The notes below the pieces were generated by a model, which was not told the origin of the DNA, made no database searches, and was given only the letters and a program-made list of their open reading frames with translations. Positions 1 through 12,146 of a DNA stretch of 64,000 nt are shown here, piece by piece (position 1 is the first letter of the stretch; each line of letters opens with the position of its first letter). Where the stretch lies: NCBI RefSeq assembly GCF_004010195.1, contig NC_057718.1, positions 93,101,569 through 93,165,568 on the forward strand. Reading direction: 5' to 3'. Position numbers and translations under genes: made by a program. The stretch is from Chiloscyllium plagiosum (lineage: Eukaryota).

Positions 1-559
1 GGATTTTTGAAAACCTCTGACCATTTTCACAATGAATATAAATGAACATGGATTTCTGAGCAATAATACATTTCCACAGCGCTGTGCATTCACGTATTTT
101 TCCCAATCATGTCATTACTCTTATGAGAGAATAGGTTTTCTCCGAAGTGACACTTATTAAGTTAAAGTGCACTTTAGCTTCAGGAAAGAGTATCAACAGA
201 TCAGTTTTAAATCCCATTTAGGGAACTTGAAGAAGAAGTTTGAATGGTTTTCATCCTAAGATGCTGTCTGGATGAATCTGGTCATACAACTACAACAACA
301 GGTTGCATGCACATAGCACCTTTCCCATAAGGTGCCTCACAAGTGTACCATAACAAAATCTGACACCAAAGCTCACAAGGAGGTACTTGGACAAATGATC
401 AAAAGCTTGGTCAAATAGTTAAAGGGAACAGATAATGCGGAGGACCAGTGCAAAGGCCAAGTTCTGGACCAAACAAGTCAAATAACAATAGGCGTTTGAC
501 ATTTAAACTATGGCTCAGCTCTGGAAATATAACAATGTCATTGCTTGGTCGAATCAAGG

Positions 560-730
560 TGAGCAAATGTAGATTAATTCGGGAAAGATAAAACGGATTT
601 GTTAAGGACAAATTGCCATTTACTAAATTGGTTGAGATTTTTTCATGAAGCAATTAAGCGAGGGTTGATAATGGTAATGCTATTGATGTGGTGTTCATGG
701 GCCTCCAAATGTCATTTAATAAGGTATAAT
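560..730 (+). mobile_element. Old CR1-type LINE RT fragment
   Basis: Degenerate match to the CR1 'GFVK.KSCLTNL.EFF...[15 protein letters not shown]' coding stretch seen in better copies in this window. Confidence 0.55.
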
Positions 731-1164
731 GGTGGTGAATGAGAAAAGAGATGTAAAATGGGTGTATATTATGATGTGAAGGGGAGAGAATGTGTCCTAT
801 TTCAGTTCCAAAGAAGAATCGAAATGCTGGACTCAAAATTTTGAGCTTTTCCTGCACCCTTTGTGTCTGTTTCTGATTTCCATCATCCGAGGTATTTGCT
901 TTTATTGGCAGAATGTGAAAGTTATATAAAGGAAGAAAGCGAGATGGAGAGGGGGAGAGGCATTGCGACGGTACTCCAGAGCTCAGAGCCTATCCAACTG
1001 CAGGCACACTCGTCAATGGTGGTGTGGTTAAAATTGAGAATGCTCACGTGATCTATATCAGTTGAGTGCAGATATCTCAGATGGTTGTTGGGTTGGAGAG
1101 AATTCCAGAGGTGGGGAGGGAATGGATAGATGGGGGATTTGTAAACAAGGAATGAGGATCGTAA

Positions 1165-2457
1165 AAGATGTTGTCTACGTGGACTTTAGCAAAGCCTTTG
1201 ACAAACTTGGTAGACTGGTTACTAAAGTTAGGTCACGTGGGATTCAGGGGGAGCTTGCCAATTGGATTCAAAATATTGGATACACAAGAGGATGGTGGTG
1301 GAGGGTTGTTTTTTGGACTGGAGGCCTATGAGCAGCAGTGTTCCATAGGGATTGGTACTGGGGTTGCTGCTTTTTGCCATATACATAAGGATTTGGATGA
1401 GGATTTAGCAAGGATGGTTAGTAAGTTTGCACATGACATGACATCAAAATTGGTGTCATAGTGGGCAGTGAAGAAGATTATCTAAGGTTACAAAGAGATC
1501 TCGATCAATTGAGCCAATGGGCTGACAAGTAGCAGATGCAGTTTAATTTTGATAAATACGAGGTGTTGCATTTTGGTAAAACAAACAAGGACAGGACTTA
1601 CACAATTCTTCAGAACTATTCTGAGGAATGGTCACTTAACCCAAAATGTTAACTCTGATTTCTCTCCAGAGATGTTGCCAGACCTGCTGCACTTTTCCAG
1701 CAATTTCTGTTTTAGCTTCTGATATACAGCATCCGCAGTGCTTTCAGGTTTTTTTTGTTAATGGTAGGACCCTGGGTACTGTTGTTAACAGAAATCTAGG
1801 GATTCAGGTACATAGTTCTCTGAATGTTGCATCCCAGGTAGCTAGGTCGTTAAGAAAGCTTGCTTCATTACTCAGAGCATTGAGTTTAGGAGTTGGGATG
1901 TCATGTTGTGGTTGTACAAGATGTTGGTGAGGGTCCCTATGGAGTACTGTGTGCAGTTCTGGTTGTCCTGCTATGGAAAGAATTGGAGAGGGTTCAGGAA
2001 AGATTTACAAGGCTGTTGCAGGAACAGGACAGTTTGAGTTATAAGGAGAGATTTGATAGGCTGGGACATTTTTCACTGGAGTGTAGAAGGTTGCAGGGTG
2101 ACCTGTTGAAGTTTATAAAATCATAAGGGATATTGATAACCTGAATAGCAAAGGTCTTTTCCCCAGGATGGGAGAGTTCAAAACTAGTAGGCATGTTTTT
2201 CAGGTAAAAGGAGAAAGATTTAAAAGGGACCTAAGGGGCAACTTTTTCATATAGAGGGTGGGTCATATGTGGAATGAACTTCCAGAGGAAGTGGTGGATG
2301 CACTACAATTAAAAGCCATTTGGACATGTACATGAAGAGGAAAGGTTTAGAAGGATTTGCCAAACACAGGCAAAAGTGGGACTAGTTTAGTTTGGGAAAC
2401 TTGGTCAGCATGGATGAGTTGGACCGAAGAGTCTGTTTCCGTGCTGTATGAGTCTAT
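1165..2457 (+). mobile_element. CR1-type LINE, 5'-truncated, decayed (RT C-terminal half and 3' UTR)
   Basis: [21 protein letters not shown] and LERVQERFTRLL in ORFs 1062/1168/1893; 3' tail 'gtctgtttccgtgctgtatgagtctat'; interrupted at ~1607-1757. Confidence 0.9.
1607..1757 (+). mobile_element. Family C hammerhead-type PLE-derived element (decayed), inserted in CR1
   Basis: ttctgaggaatggtcacttaacccaaaatgttaactctg...gatgttgccagacctgctg matches the copies at 40174 and 54250; the CR1 resumes on both sides. Confidence 0.75.
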
Positions 2458-3228
2458 AGCACATTGCTTGAGTTTTTTTAATGCAGTTTTTTAGGTGTTG
2501 GTTTTTACAGAAACTATCCAGGGTATCATCACAGCCAATTCTCCTGGCTGGTATTAGTTAAGCTACTGGTACTATGTGGAGAAGGATGATCACTGAAATA
2601 ACTCCATAGAGGCCTATATCCTATCACTGAATCACCCTAATTTTACATGTGGGAAGTCCCTGATGTTGTTCTAGTTCCCTCAGAGCCCTCAGTGGGTCTG
2701 AATGCTTGATACACCTGTATTTATATCTCAGTCCGGGCTCCCTGATTGGACCAGATTAACAGCGCCAATCAGGGAACCCATACTCTATGAGGTGCATACG
2801 GTTGACCCTGTTACAGTCACGACATCCCTCCGCCTCTGAGTCTGAGGACCTAGGCCAGTTCATTGTCTGGTAGAGCCTCCTGGGGAGTTTTAGCACCGGG
2901 TCAGGTTCTGCCGAATCAGTATCGATTACAGGCAGCGTGTAAAACCCAGGAGCTCACCACTTACGCCTGAAGCGCCTCGGGAGAAATTCATTCTCTTCTT
3001 CCAGTGGCAAAATCCTCTGCATCCATCTCAGATGCAGAAGGCTCTTCAACACTTGATGGAGAGGGAGAATGCATGGGGTCCAACAAATTTTCTGAATGTT
3101 CTGAGGAGCAGGTTTTGCTCCTGCACTTTTTGCGAGTTTACAGCTTTCATATGGGTCAACGTGCTAATTCAGAACCATCGCTCTGACCTGAGCTTTATAC
3201 ATCACTGATCCTGACCTGAATCGTTACC

Positions 3229-4292
3229 ATTAAATGGTAAAAAGTTGCAGCATGCTGCTTTTCAGAAGGACCTGAGTATCCTTGTGCATGAATCACAGAT
3301 GGTTGATTTGCAGGTACAACAGGTATTTGGAAAGGCCAATGGAATTTTAACGTTCATTGCTAAAGAGATTGAATTTGAAAGCAGGGAGGTTCTGTTGCAG
3401 CTGTACACGGTGCTGGTGAGGCCACACCTGGAGTACTGATTGTGGAAACAGGCCCTTTGGCCCAATCAGTCCACACTGACCCTCCGAAGAGTAACCCACC
3501 CAGACCTATTCCCCTCTGACTAATGCACCTAGCACTATGGGCAATTTAATATGGCCAATTCACCTAACCTGCACATCTTTGGACTGTGGGAGGAAACCGG
3601 AGCACCCTGAGGAAACCCATGCAGACACAGGGAGAATGTGCAAACTCCACACAGACAGTTGCCCGAAGCTGGAATCGAATCTGGGACCCTGGTGCTGTGA
3701 GGCAGCAGTGCTAACCACTGAGCCACCGTGCCGCCCTACTGTGTGTAGTGTTGGTCTCCTTACTTGAGAAAGGATGGATTGGCACTGGAGGGGGTGCAGA
3801 GGAGGTTCACAAGGCTGATTCCAGAGGTGAGGAGATTGGCTTGTGAGGACAGACTGAGTGGACTGGGATTATATTCATTGGAATTCAGAAGAATGAGGGG
3901 GGATCTTATAGAAACATATAAAATTATGAAGGGAATAGATAAGATAGAAGTAGAGCAGATGTTTTCACTGGCAAGTGAAGCTAGGGCATGAGGGCATAGC
4001 CTCAAGATGAGAGGGAACAGATTTAGGACTGAACTAAGAAGAAGCTTCTTCACCCAGAAGGTTGTGAATCTACGGAATTCCCTGCCCAGTGAAGTAGTTG
4101 ACACTACTTAAGTAAATGCTTTTAAAGCTAAGATCAATTTTTGTTTGAACAGTAAAGGAATTAAGGGTTACAGTGAGAGGGTGGGTAAGTGGAGTTGAGG
4201 CCATGAAAAGATCAGCCATTGAATGGTGGAGCAGACTTGAGAGGGCCAGATGGTGTACTCCTGTTCCTAGTTCTTATGTTTCTAATGTTATT
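3229..4292 (+). mobile_element. CR1-type LINE 3' portion nested in the Gypsy element
   Basis: LVRPHLEY (ORF 3245) and LEGVQRRFTRLIP...RMRGDLIETYKI (ORF 3764); tail 'tactcctgttcctagttcttatgtt'. Confidence 0.9.
3438..3736 (-). mobile_element. HE1-type (V-SINE) tRNA-derived SINE, full length, nested in CR1
   Basis: Minus strand reads ggcggcacggtggctcagtggttagcactgctgcctcacag (A-box-like head), V-domain gtggagtttgcacattctcc...ccaaagatgtgcaggttagg, and a CR1-like tail; 'tactg' on both sides. Confidence 0.9.
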
Positions 4293-7200
4293 TATATTCT
4301 TATGGCCTGACGTCCACCGTGTTTCTGACCCGTGGGGCCACTTATGTGGTTTCTAAACCAAACTTTGTTCTGTATTGTAAACTGTCTCTCTCACTTGGTG
4401 GAGTCTGGTGTCTGGCACTGATGTTCCTGATGCCATTTAACCCTCCCCCCCACCGGCTTCAGAGAGATCAGATTTAACCTGTTGCAGAGTCCTCTCTCCA
4501 TTAGCAACTCTGCTGGGGCCATCCCTGTAGTTGCATGAGGGGGTGTCCAGTTTGGCATTGAGTGAAACTGTAGGCTGTGGTTTTAATATTGCCTTCAAAG
4601 ATTGGACTGCCCTTTCTGCCAGAACATTAGATGATGGATGGTATGGGAGCTGCCTTTACATGTTGAGTACCATTCATCTTTAGGAAATACCTTGTAAATT
4701 CCCTGTTGGTAAACGATGGCCCGTTATCTGTGACCAACACTTCCTGGTGCCCGTGTATTGCAAAAGATGCACGCAGTTTTTCTATTGTCGTCATGGTGTT
4801 TGATGAATGAACTCTATGCATGTCCAACCACTTTGACTGGATGCCTACAATGTCTGAGAACATTGAGCCATGAAAGGAACTGAGTGCAACTGAGTCTAGG
4901 CTTTACCTGGCTATTCCCACGAATGTGGGGAAGCTACTGCAGCTAATTTTTGTCTTTGTTGGCACTCTGAGCACTGCCCCACCAATGCAGCTATGTCTGC
5001 ATCCAGTCCTGGTGATCAGACATAACGTCTCGCCAATATCTTCACCTTGAAAACCCCTGGGTGACCCTAGCAGAGTTCAGTCAGTATCTGGTGGCGATCT
5101 TTGCTCGGGACAATCACTCTTGCCCGCCTTAATAATAGGCCAGTCTCTACTGTGATCTGGTCCCTCAGGGCCCAAAGAGGTTTCAGTTCTGTTTGTGATG
5201 GCTCTTTGGTTTCCCCCATTGCCAGCAGCTGTTTTGCCAGGACTGGGTCTTCCTGTTTCCAAAGTCTGATCTTGTCGGCTGCGACTGGAAATATGTCCAG
5301 GAAATTTAAACCTTTATGGACAGTTCCAGTGGACGGCCCATTACTGGTCTATCTGCCAGTGGGAGGCAGCTCAATGCATCTACATTTGCTACTTGGCCTC
5401 CCAGATAGTGTTCCAACTCGTAATAATATGCACTTAGTATTGGAGTCCACCACTGAATTTGGCCTGAAGCTATGGGTGGTATTGCCTTGTCCTCTTTAAG
5501 TTGACCTAGCAGGGGTTTGTGGGACATTATTGTGACAAATCTTTGTCCGTAAAGGTATTGGTGGAACTTGCTGATTCTAAATATGACCGTCAAACCTTCT
5601 TCCTCTATCTGGGTGTATTTTGCATTAGCCAAAGTACCGGATGCAAGTGCTTTTGGGCATTTCTCTTCATTGTCCACCTATGAGCTAGTATTACCCTGAT
5701 GCCATCTGGGGAGGCATTGTATATCAATACCAGATCTCATTTGGGATTGTACTGTGCCAACATCTTAGAGGATGTCAGCTGTTTCTTCACCTCCCTGAAA
5801 GCTGTGGCTTGGCTATGTGACCATTTCCAAGGTTGACCCCTTTGTGAGAGTTGATGCAAGGGCTGCAGGATTGCTGCCAGGTTATGTATGAACATTCTAT
5901 AATAATTCACCAGCTCAAGGAAAGACCTAAGCTCTGGTACAGCCATGGGAGCCAGGGCGCCCATGGTCACCCTCGCAGCTAACAGGTGCAAACCAGTCAT
6001 GTCGACTCTGTAGTGCAAGTAGGTCAGTAGGAGTATCTGGGATGCACCTTTTTCCATTCATAGGTGCATGCCCACCATGGAGAAACGTCTAAGGACGATG
6101 TCAAAGTTCTCTAAGTGCTTCTTTTTGGTTTTACTTGTTATTCGCACATCATATGGATGTGCAATTTACCGTTTGTTTACTGTTTGTTTAAAACCCCCAC
6201 AAAGGTGAACCAACCCAGTGGGCTTCATAATTGGTGTTGCCCATTCCTCAAATTGTACTGGTTTGACAATTCTTTCTCTTTCCAGCCTTCTGTATTCTGC
6301 ATCTACCTTTGCCCACAAGACAAATGGCCCTGGGCACGCCTTGCAGAATCATGGAGTTACTTTCTGGTTCACATACAAAATGATCTTGACTATGTTGATA
6401 GTCCATAGACCTTCCTGGAAGACTTCCAGATATTTAATTCAGGCTTCACTCAGGCAGCCATTTTCTAATCGAAAAATGTTGAGCCGATCAAGGTGAATCT
6501 CTCTCAATCAATTTCACCCAATCAAGGCACAGGCCTTTTACTACAATCAGTGGCAACTGAACCAGTTGCTTCTCAAAAGAGACCAGAACCAAAGTTGTCT
6601 TCTTAATCTGAAAAGGTTCCCCACTATAGGTTCTCAGTCTAGCGGAGGTCTTGCGCTCGCTTAAGGGTTGGAGTCCAGAGGGAATTTTGTTCACAATTGC
6701 TTCTGCAATCATTGAAATGGCCTCATGGGTATCGACCTCCATTAGAAACGGGTGAATATTTATTTTGATTGGTTCTGATTTGGATGATGCTAAGCAATTT
6801 AACTGTTCCAATCAAGATATAGATGGATTTTTCAGGATGTGCACTCTCCTGAACTCTGGCCTTTGAGTTCTCTTTCTCAGTTTAGGTCTAGCAACTACAA
6901 TGGCTTGCCGGCCCAGAGCATGAAGAAAATTTTAACTGTCTGGCTGAGGCTTGTCTTTGTTTTGCGGTTTTGCTGTGGTCTAACTTAGAATCCCTCTGTT
7001 CAGAATGTGTCCTGAGTGAGGCTGTACAATTTTCTTCATTCGTGATGTTCCCCAAGCTCAGTCAGCCTGGCGAGGGTGTCCACTTCCATCATAATACCCT
7101 ATAACTCATCTGTTCCACTTGCCACATTTTCCAATGATAAAGCCAGTTGTGGTGTCTGTTTGAAGTCCATTTATGCTTCGGCCAGTCGATGCTTTTGTAT

Positions 7201-8605
7201 GGTTACATCATTAACCGGTCTCTCAGCATCTCATTAAGGGTTAAACCAAAGTCATATGCCTCTGCCAGTCATCTTAACCTAATCAAAAATCCCAATACGG
7301 ATTCCCCTGGTTCTTGAATTGTCAACTAAAACTGATAGTGTCTCAGAATTGGAGGAGATCTGGGGTCATAGTATTCATTAATTATGCTTGGCAATCCTTG
7401 AAAGAGTTTAGCATCTGGTGCCTCAGGGAAAGTTAGGCTCCTAATAACCAAAAAAGCTGCAGGTCCACAGGTTGTCAGGAGAATTACTCGTTGCTTTTCA
7501 TCTGCCCCAATGCCATTTGCCTGGAAAAAGTAATGCATTCTTTCTGCGTCCTGGGATCAAATAAGTCAAGCTTCCCAAATAACAGCATGAAGTCAGAAAT
7601 GATTACTCCAACTGAAAGATGACTGTTGCAAGCGGGTTTCTTCAGAAACATGCTTTAATCTTATCGCCACTGAAACGACTCCGCAGAGGCTGGTATCTTG
7701 TCATCAAGTCACCCTTTATTTACACATGGAAAGTCCATGTCACTGATCCAGCTCCATATATGTGTCAGCTCTCAGATTGCCATAATATTTGACACTCCTG
7801 TTCTTATCTATCGGCCAGGGCTCCCTGATTGGACACAGATTAACAGCCCTATGATGCCTTGGGCAGGAGATAGGCCGTGGTCTTAGTTAAAGACTAAAGC
7901 CTTATTACATATTATTTAATAGCCAGTTACATTATATCTAATATACACGAATGCCTCACTAGAGACAATCATGCCAAATTTATATGAATATAACAACTGC
8001 TACATGGAGAGTGGCAGAACACAGATGTAACCTGGAGAATTCTCTGCAATTCTCTTCAGCTTCTCTCAAGAAAAGCACTTTATATTTTGATGGACTTCAT
8101 TTCCCTTGTGATGCCAATAATTCTTTCAGATATTGACTGTCTTATGCAATGGGAGCCATTGTAGGAATGTTTGGACTTCCTGATTTAATTAAGCATGGTC
8201 TGGAACTTGCAAGTTTGCTTTATAATGATGGCAAACACTGTTAGCCTCATTGTTATTCTTAATCTGTATTCCAAACCATTAATCTCTTTAAAAATACATG
8301 TCTACTGAGGCCCAGCCTGTATAATATTCTCAAAGCATCTATAAATAAAACTACAGTTTTGGCTCTTATTCACAAAATAATTATGAAGGTATCTTTGAGT
8401 ACAAGTTGAAAGCAAAATTATTCAAATAAACCTGTCCGTGAAATTAAAAAACATATAATTTCTGGATTATATTTCCTGACCAATAGTTTAAATATTCACA
8501 TAGAAGCTCTATCAAATCATGTTGCATTGTGCATTTTTAATGTGGTGTTGATCCCAGGTTAGCACAGAAGTTATTTTCTCTAAGCACAATTGGCCTTCCT
8601 GTTAG

Positions 8606-8765
8606 AATAGAGTCATAGAGTCATAGAGATGTACAGCATGGAAACAGACCCTTCGGTCCAACCTGTCCATGCCGACCAGATGTCTAACCCAATCTAGTCC
8701 CACCTGTCAGCATCCGGCCCATATCCCTCCAAACCCTTTCTATTCATATACCCATCCAAATGCCA
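8606..8765 (-). mobile_element. CR1 3'-end fragment
   Basis: (agagtcat)n tail followed by gtacagcatggaaacagacccttcgg, as at 22124. Confidence 0.85.
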
Positions 8766-9004
8766 TGGTCAAAAATATACTCCACTCTTCTTAGGGCTGG
8801 TGTTGTTTTTAATACCACAACTTTCCAATTAATTGTTTACTCTTTTTCTCTTCCGCTCCTGAGGAACTGACTCATGTCACCCCTAGTCTTGTGCTGTCTA
8901 ACTGATTTAAACAGATCTAGCCGAAACACTAGGGGCAGATTTTCAATCTACTGCCCATGAAGAGATTTTGATGGAATTACAATTGGGATGCATTCTTACA
9001 AAGG

Positions 9005-9442
9005 GTAACATCACCATTGTTCCGGAGGACTATAGAGTTACTCTCTCTCTTTGGAGAGAGAGAGAGATAGAGAGACAACTAGTGGTGAGTTTAACCTGAG
9101 GGTCACCATGCCTCAGGAGAAGGGCAAGGTTAAGAAGGTGGGACCTTCACAGTGCCCAGAACAGGAATTGAACCCATGACATTGGCAGCACAATCCAGCT
9201 GTCCAACTAACTGAGAGAAAGTGAGGACTGCAGATGCTGGAGATCAGAGTCAAGAAGTGTGGTGCTGGAAAAGCACAGCCAGTCAGATAGCATTCGAGAA
9301 GCAGGAAAGGGGACTTTTCAAGCATAATGAAGAGCTTGTGCTGAAAACATTGACTCTCCTGTTCCTTGGATGCTGCCTGACCAGCTGTGCTTTTCCAGCA
9401 CCACACTTTTTCACTCTGTCCAGCTAACTGAGCGAACTAACC
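9005..9442 (-). mobile_element. tRNA-derived SINE (family not assigned), interrupted by a family A element
   Basis: Reverse complement of the SINEs at 18405 and 19038 (gtgaccctcaggttaaac..caccactagttgtctctc). Confidence 0.65.
9216..9415. mobile_element. Family A fold-back PLE-derived element with 17-bp TSD
   Basis: Arms gtgtggtgctggaaaagcacagc and gctgtgcttttccagcaccacac are reverse complements; TSD ctgtccaactaactgag 9199-9215 / ctgtccagctaactgag 9416-9432; hammerhead cores decayed. Confidence 0.85.
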
Positions 9443-10123
9443 TAATTAACAACCGTGATTTGGCGATGCTGGTCTTGGACTGGGGTGTACAAAGTTAAAA
9501 ATCACACAATATCAGGTTATAGTCCAACAAGAAGCATTAGCTTTTGGAGTGCTGTTCCTTCATCAGGTGGTTATGGTTACAGCAAAAGTTTACAGTGTGA
9601 TGTAACTGAAATTATATATTGAAAAAGATAAGGATTGTTTGTTAAATCTCTCATCTTTTACAATGGGCATGTTAGTTTCAGTTCTTTCATATGTAATCAC
9701 AGAACTTTCTTAATGTTACATTCTCAAGGGAACTTTAACAATAGGTGTCATGTTGGCCCAGACAATGCATTGAAGGTGTGAGGTGCCCTGTGTGAGGCTG
9801 TCTGTGCCCCAATGTTCAAACTGATTCTAATCTAAAAAATGGTTTTACAGAATCTTACATAGATTCATGCAGTTTTTCAGCAAAATAAAAATAATTCTGC
9901 AAGTGTAAATTCACCCCACAAATTTATATGTGTGTGTGTGTCCGTGTATATGTGTCCAGGGGCTGGGTATAAGTGTTTGTGAGAGAGTGTGTATGTGTAT
10001 GTGTGTGACTGTGAGTGTAACGGGGTATATGTGTGTGAGAGGGTGCGTGTGGGAGTGTGGGAGTGTGTGAGTGTGTGAGTGTATGCGAGAGAGCTTGTGT
10101 ATGACAGAGAGTCATACACTCCC

Positions 10124-11172
10124 ACACTCATCTTGTACACCTCTATCAAGTCACCCCTAAACCTTCTTTTCTCCAATGAAAACAGCCCCAAGTGCCTCAG
10201 CCTTTCCTCATACGATCTTCCTACCATACCAGACAACATCCTGGTAAACCTCCTCTGCACCCGTTCCAGTGCCTCCACATCCTTCCTAGAGTATGGCGAC
10301 CAAAACTGCACANNNNNNNNNNNNNNNNNNNNNNNNNNNNNNNNNNNNNNNNNNNNNNNNNNNNNNNNNNNNNNNNNNNNNNNNNNNNNNNNNNNNNNNN
10401 NNNNNNNNNNNNNNNNNNNNNNNNNNNNNNNNNNNNNNNNNNNNNNNNNNNNNNNNNNNNNNNNNNNNNNNNNNNNNNNNNNNNNNNNNNNNNNNNNNNN
10501 NNNNNNNNNNNNNNNNNNNNNNNNNNNNNNNNNNNNNNNNNNNNNNNNNNNNNNNNNNNNNNNNNNNNNNNNNNNNNNNNNNNNNNNNNNNNNNNNNNNN
10601 NNNNNNNNNNNNNNNNNNNNNNNNNNNNNNNNNNNNNNNNNNNNNNNNNNNNNNNNNNNNNNNNNNNNNNNNNNNNNNNNNNNNNNNNNNNNNNNNNNNN
10701 NNNNNNNNNNNNNNNNNNNNNNNNNNNNNNNNNNNNNNNNNNNNNNNNNNNNNNNNNNNNNNNNNNNNNNNNNNNNNNNNNNNNNNNNNNNNNNNNNNNN
10801 NNNNNNNNNNNNNNNNNNNNNNNNNNNNNNNNNNNNNNNNNNNNNNNNNNNNNNNNNNNNNCCCCTCCTCCAGGTCATTTATAAAAATGACAAACAGCAA
10901 TGGTCCCAAAACAGATCCTTGCGGAACACCGCTAGTGACAGCATTCCAAGATGAACCTTTGCCATCAACTACTACCCTCTGTCTTCTTCCAGCCAGCCAA
11001 CTCCTAATCCAAACCTCCAACTCACCCTCAATGCCATACCTCCGTATTTTTTGCAGTAGTCTACCATGGGGAACCTTATCAAACGCCTTACTAAAATCCA
11101 TATACACCACATCTACTGCTTTCCCCTCGTCCACCTCCTTAGTCACCTTCTCAAAGAATTCAATAAGGTTTG
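10124..11172 (-). mobile_element. Young CR1-type LINE fragment spanning an assembly gap
   Basis: [17 protein letters not shown] and [20 protein letters not shown]; nearly identical to 14350-15249. Confidence 0.92.
10313..10861. other. Assembly gap (549 N)
   Basis: Run of N. Confidence 1.
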
Positions 11173-11542
11173 TGGGGTGAAGTTGTACTTGCAGAATTAC
11201 ATTTTATTTTGCTCAAAAGCTGCATGAATCCGTGTGAGACTCTGTAAATCCATTTTTTAAATTAGAATCAGTTTGAACATTGTGGCAGAGACAGCCTCAC
11301 ACAGGGCACCTCACACCTTCACTGCATTATCTGGGCCAATATGACACCAATTGTTAAAGTTCACTTGAGAATGTAAAAAAGTTCTGTGATTTACATATGA
11401 AAGAACTGAAACCAACATGTTCATTCGAATAGATGAGAGATTTAACAAACAATCCTTATCTTTTTCAATATATAATTTCAGTTACATCACACTGTAAATT
11501 TTCACTTTAAATTCTGTGTCCTATAATTTTATACTCCACAAC

Positions 11543-11577
11543 CACCTGATGAAGGAACAGCGCTCTGAAAGCTCATA
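11543..11577 (+). ncRNA. Minimal hammerhead motif (family B; core intact, stems imperfect)
   Basis: cac-CUGAUGA-A-GGAA-cagcg-CUCU-GAAA-GC-UC. Confidence 0.55.
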
Positions 11578-11649
11578 CTTCCAAATAAACCTGTTGGACT
11601 ATAACCCGGTGTTGTGTGATTTTTAACTGTATAGGATCATTAAGCTCAA

Positions 11650-12146
11650 GAGGGTTCAGAAGAGATTTAACAGGATTTTGCCAGGATTGGAGGGGTCGGG
11701 GGGTGTTGAGCAATTGAGGGGGGATGGAAGAGGCTGAATAGGCTGGGACATTTTTCACTGGAGCCTAGGAGTTGAAGGATAGAGGTTTATAAAATCATGA
11801 AGGCTATAGAGGTTTATAAAATCATGAGGGGTCTTTTCTCCAGGGTGGGAGATTTTAAGAGAAGGGAGCATATTTTTAAGGTGAGAGGAGAAAGATTAAA
11901 CAAAGATATGAGTGGCAATCTTTTTTACACAGAGTGTGGTTCGTGTGTGGAATGAATTTCTTGAGGAAAGTGGTAGATGTGGGTACAGTAACAATGTTTA
12001 AAAGATATTTAAATAAGTACATGAATAAGAAATGTTTGGAGGGATATGGGCCAAGTACAGGCAGGTGGGACTAGTTTAGTGTGGGTACATGGTCAGCATG
12101 GTCTGGTTGGACTGAAGGGTCTGTTTCTGTGCTGTATAATTCTATA
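11650..12146 (+). mobile_element. CR1 3' fragment
   Basis: agagggttcagaagagatttaacagg...gggtctgtttctgtgctgtataattctat; short internal tandem duplication at ~11779-11828. Confidence 0.85.

Larger units (their letters stand above)
2594..7850 (-). mobile_element. Decayed Gypsy-type LTR retrotransposon (gag-PR-RT-RH-INT)
   Basis: Related LTRs at 2594-2824 (TG...CA) and 7671-~7850 (truncated); PBS-like TGGCGATAAG next to 7670 on the minus strand; polypurine tract at 2825-2835; gag-like ORF 7326-7538, protease MEVDTHEAIS (6488-6811), RT ELRSFLELVNYY (5737-6057), RNase H YTQIEEEGL (5306-5677), integrase LVTDNGPSFT (4627-4863). Gypsy domain order; many stops and frameshifts. Confidence 0.92.
9456..11628. 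mobile_element. Family B fold-back PLE-derived element with ~430-bp inverted arms
   Basis: ~9493-9923 is the diverged reverse complement of ~11169-11628; hammerhead motifs at 9537-9569 (-) and 11543-11577 (+); TG-rich spacer 9926-10110. Confidence 0.85.

Noticed and set aside
3660..3736. tRNA genes (also ~41101, ~62510, ~57100, ~19040)
   Set aside because: tRNA-like A/B boxes are SINE heads fused to SINE bodies; I could not build a complete cloverleaf.
9216..9415. Fold-back elements as MITEs or miRNA hairpins
   Set aside because: Arms are asymmetric and of variable length, TSDs vary from 10 to 17 bp, and hammerhead motifs are present, which fits PLE retrotransposition better.
9877..11180. 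ORFs of 230-333 aa in the ORF track
   Set aside because: Artefacts of reading through the 549-N gap; the real parts are CR1 and TG microsatellite.
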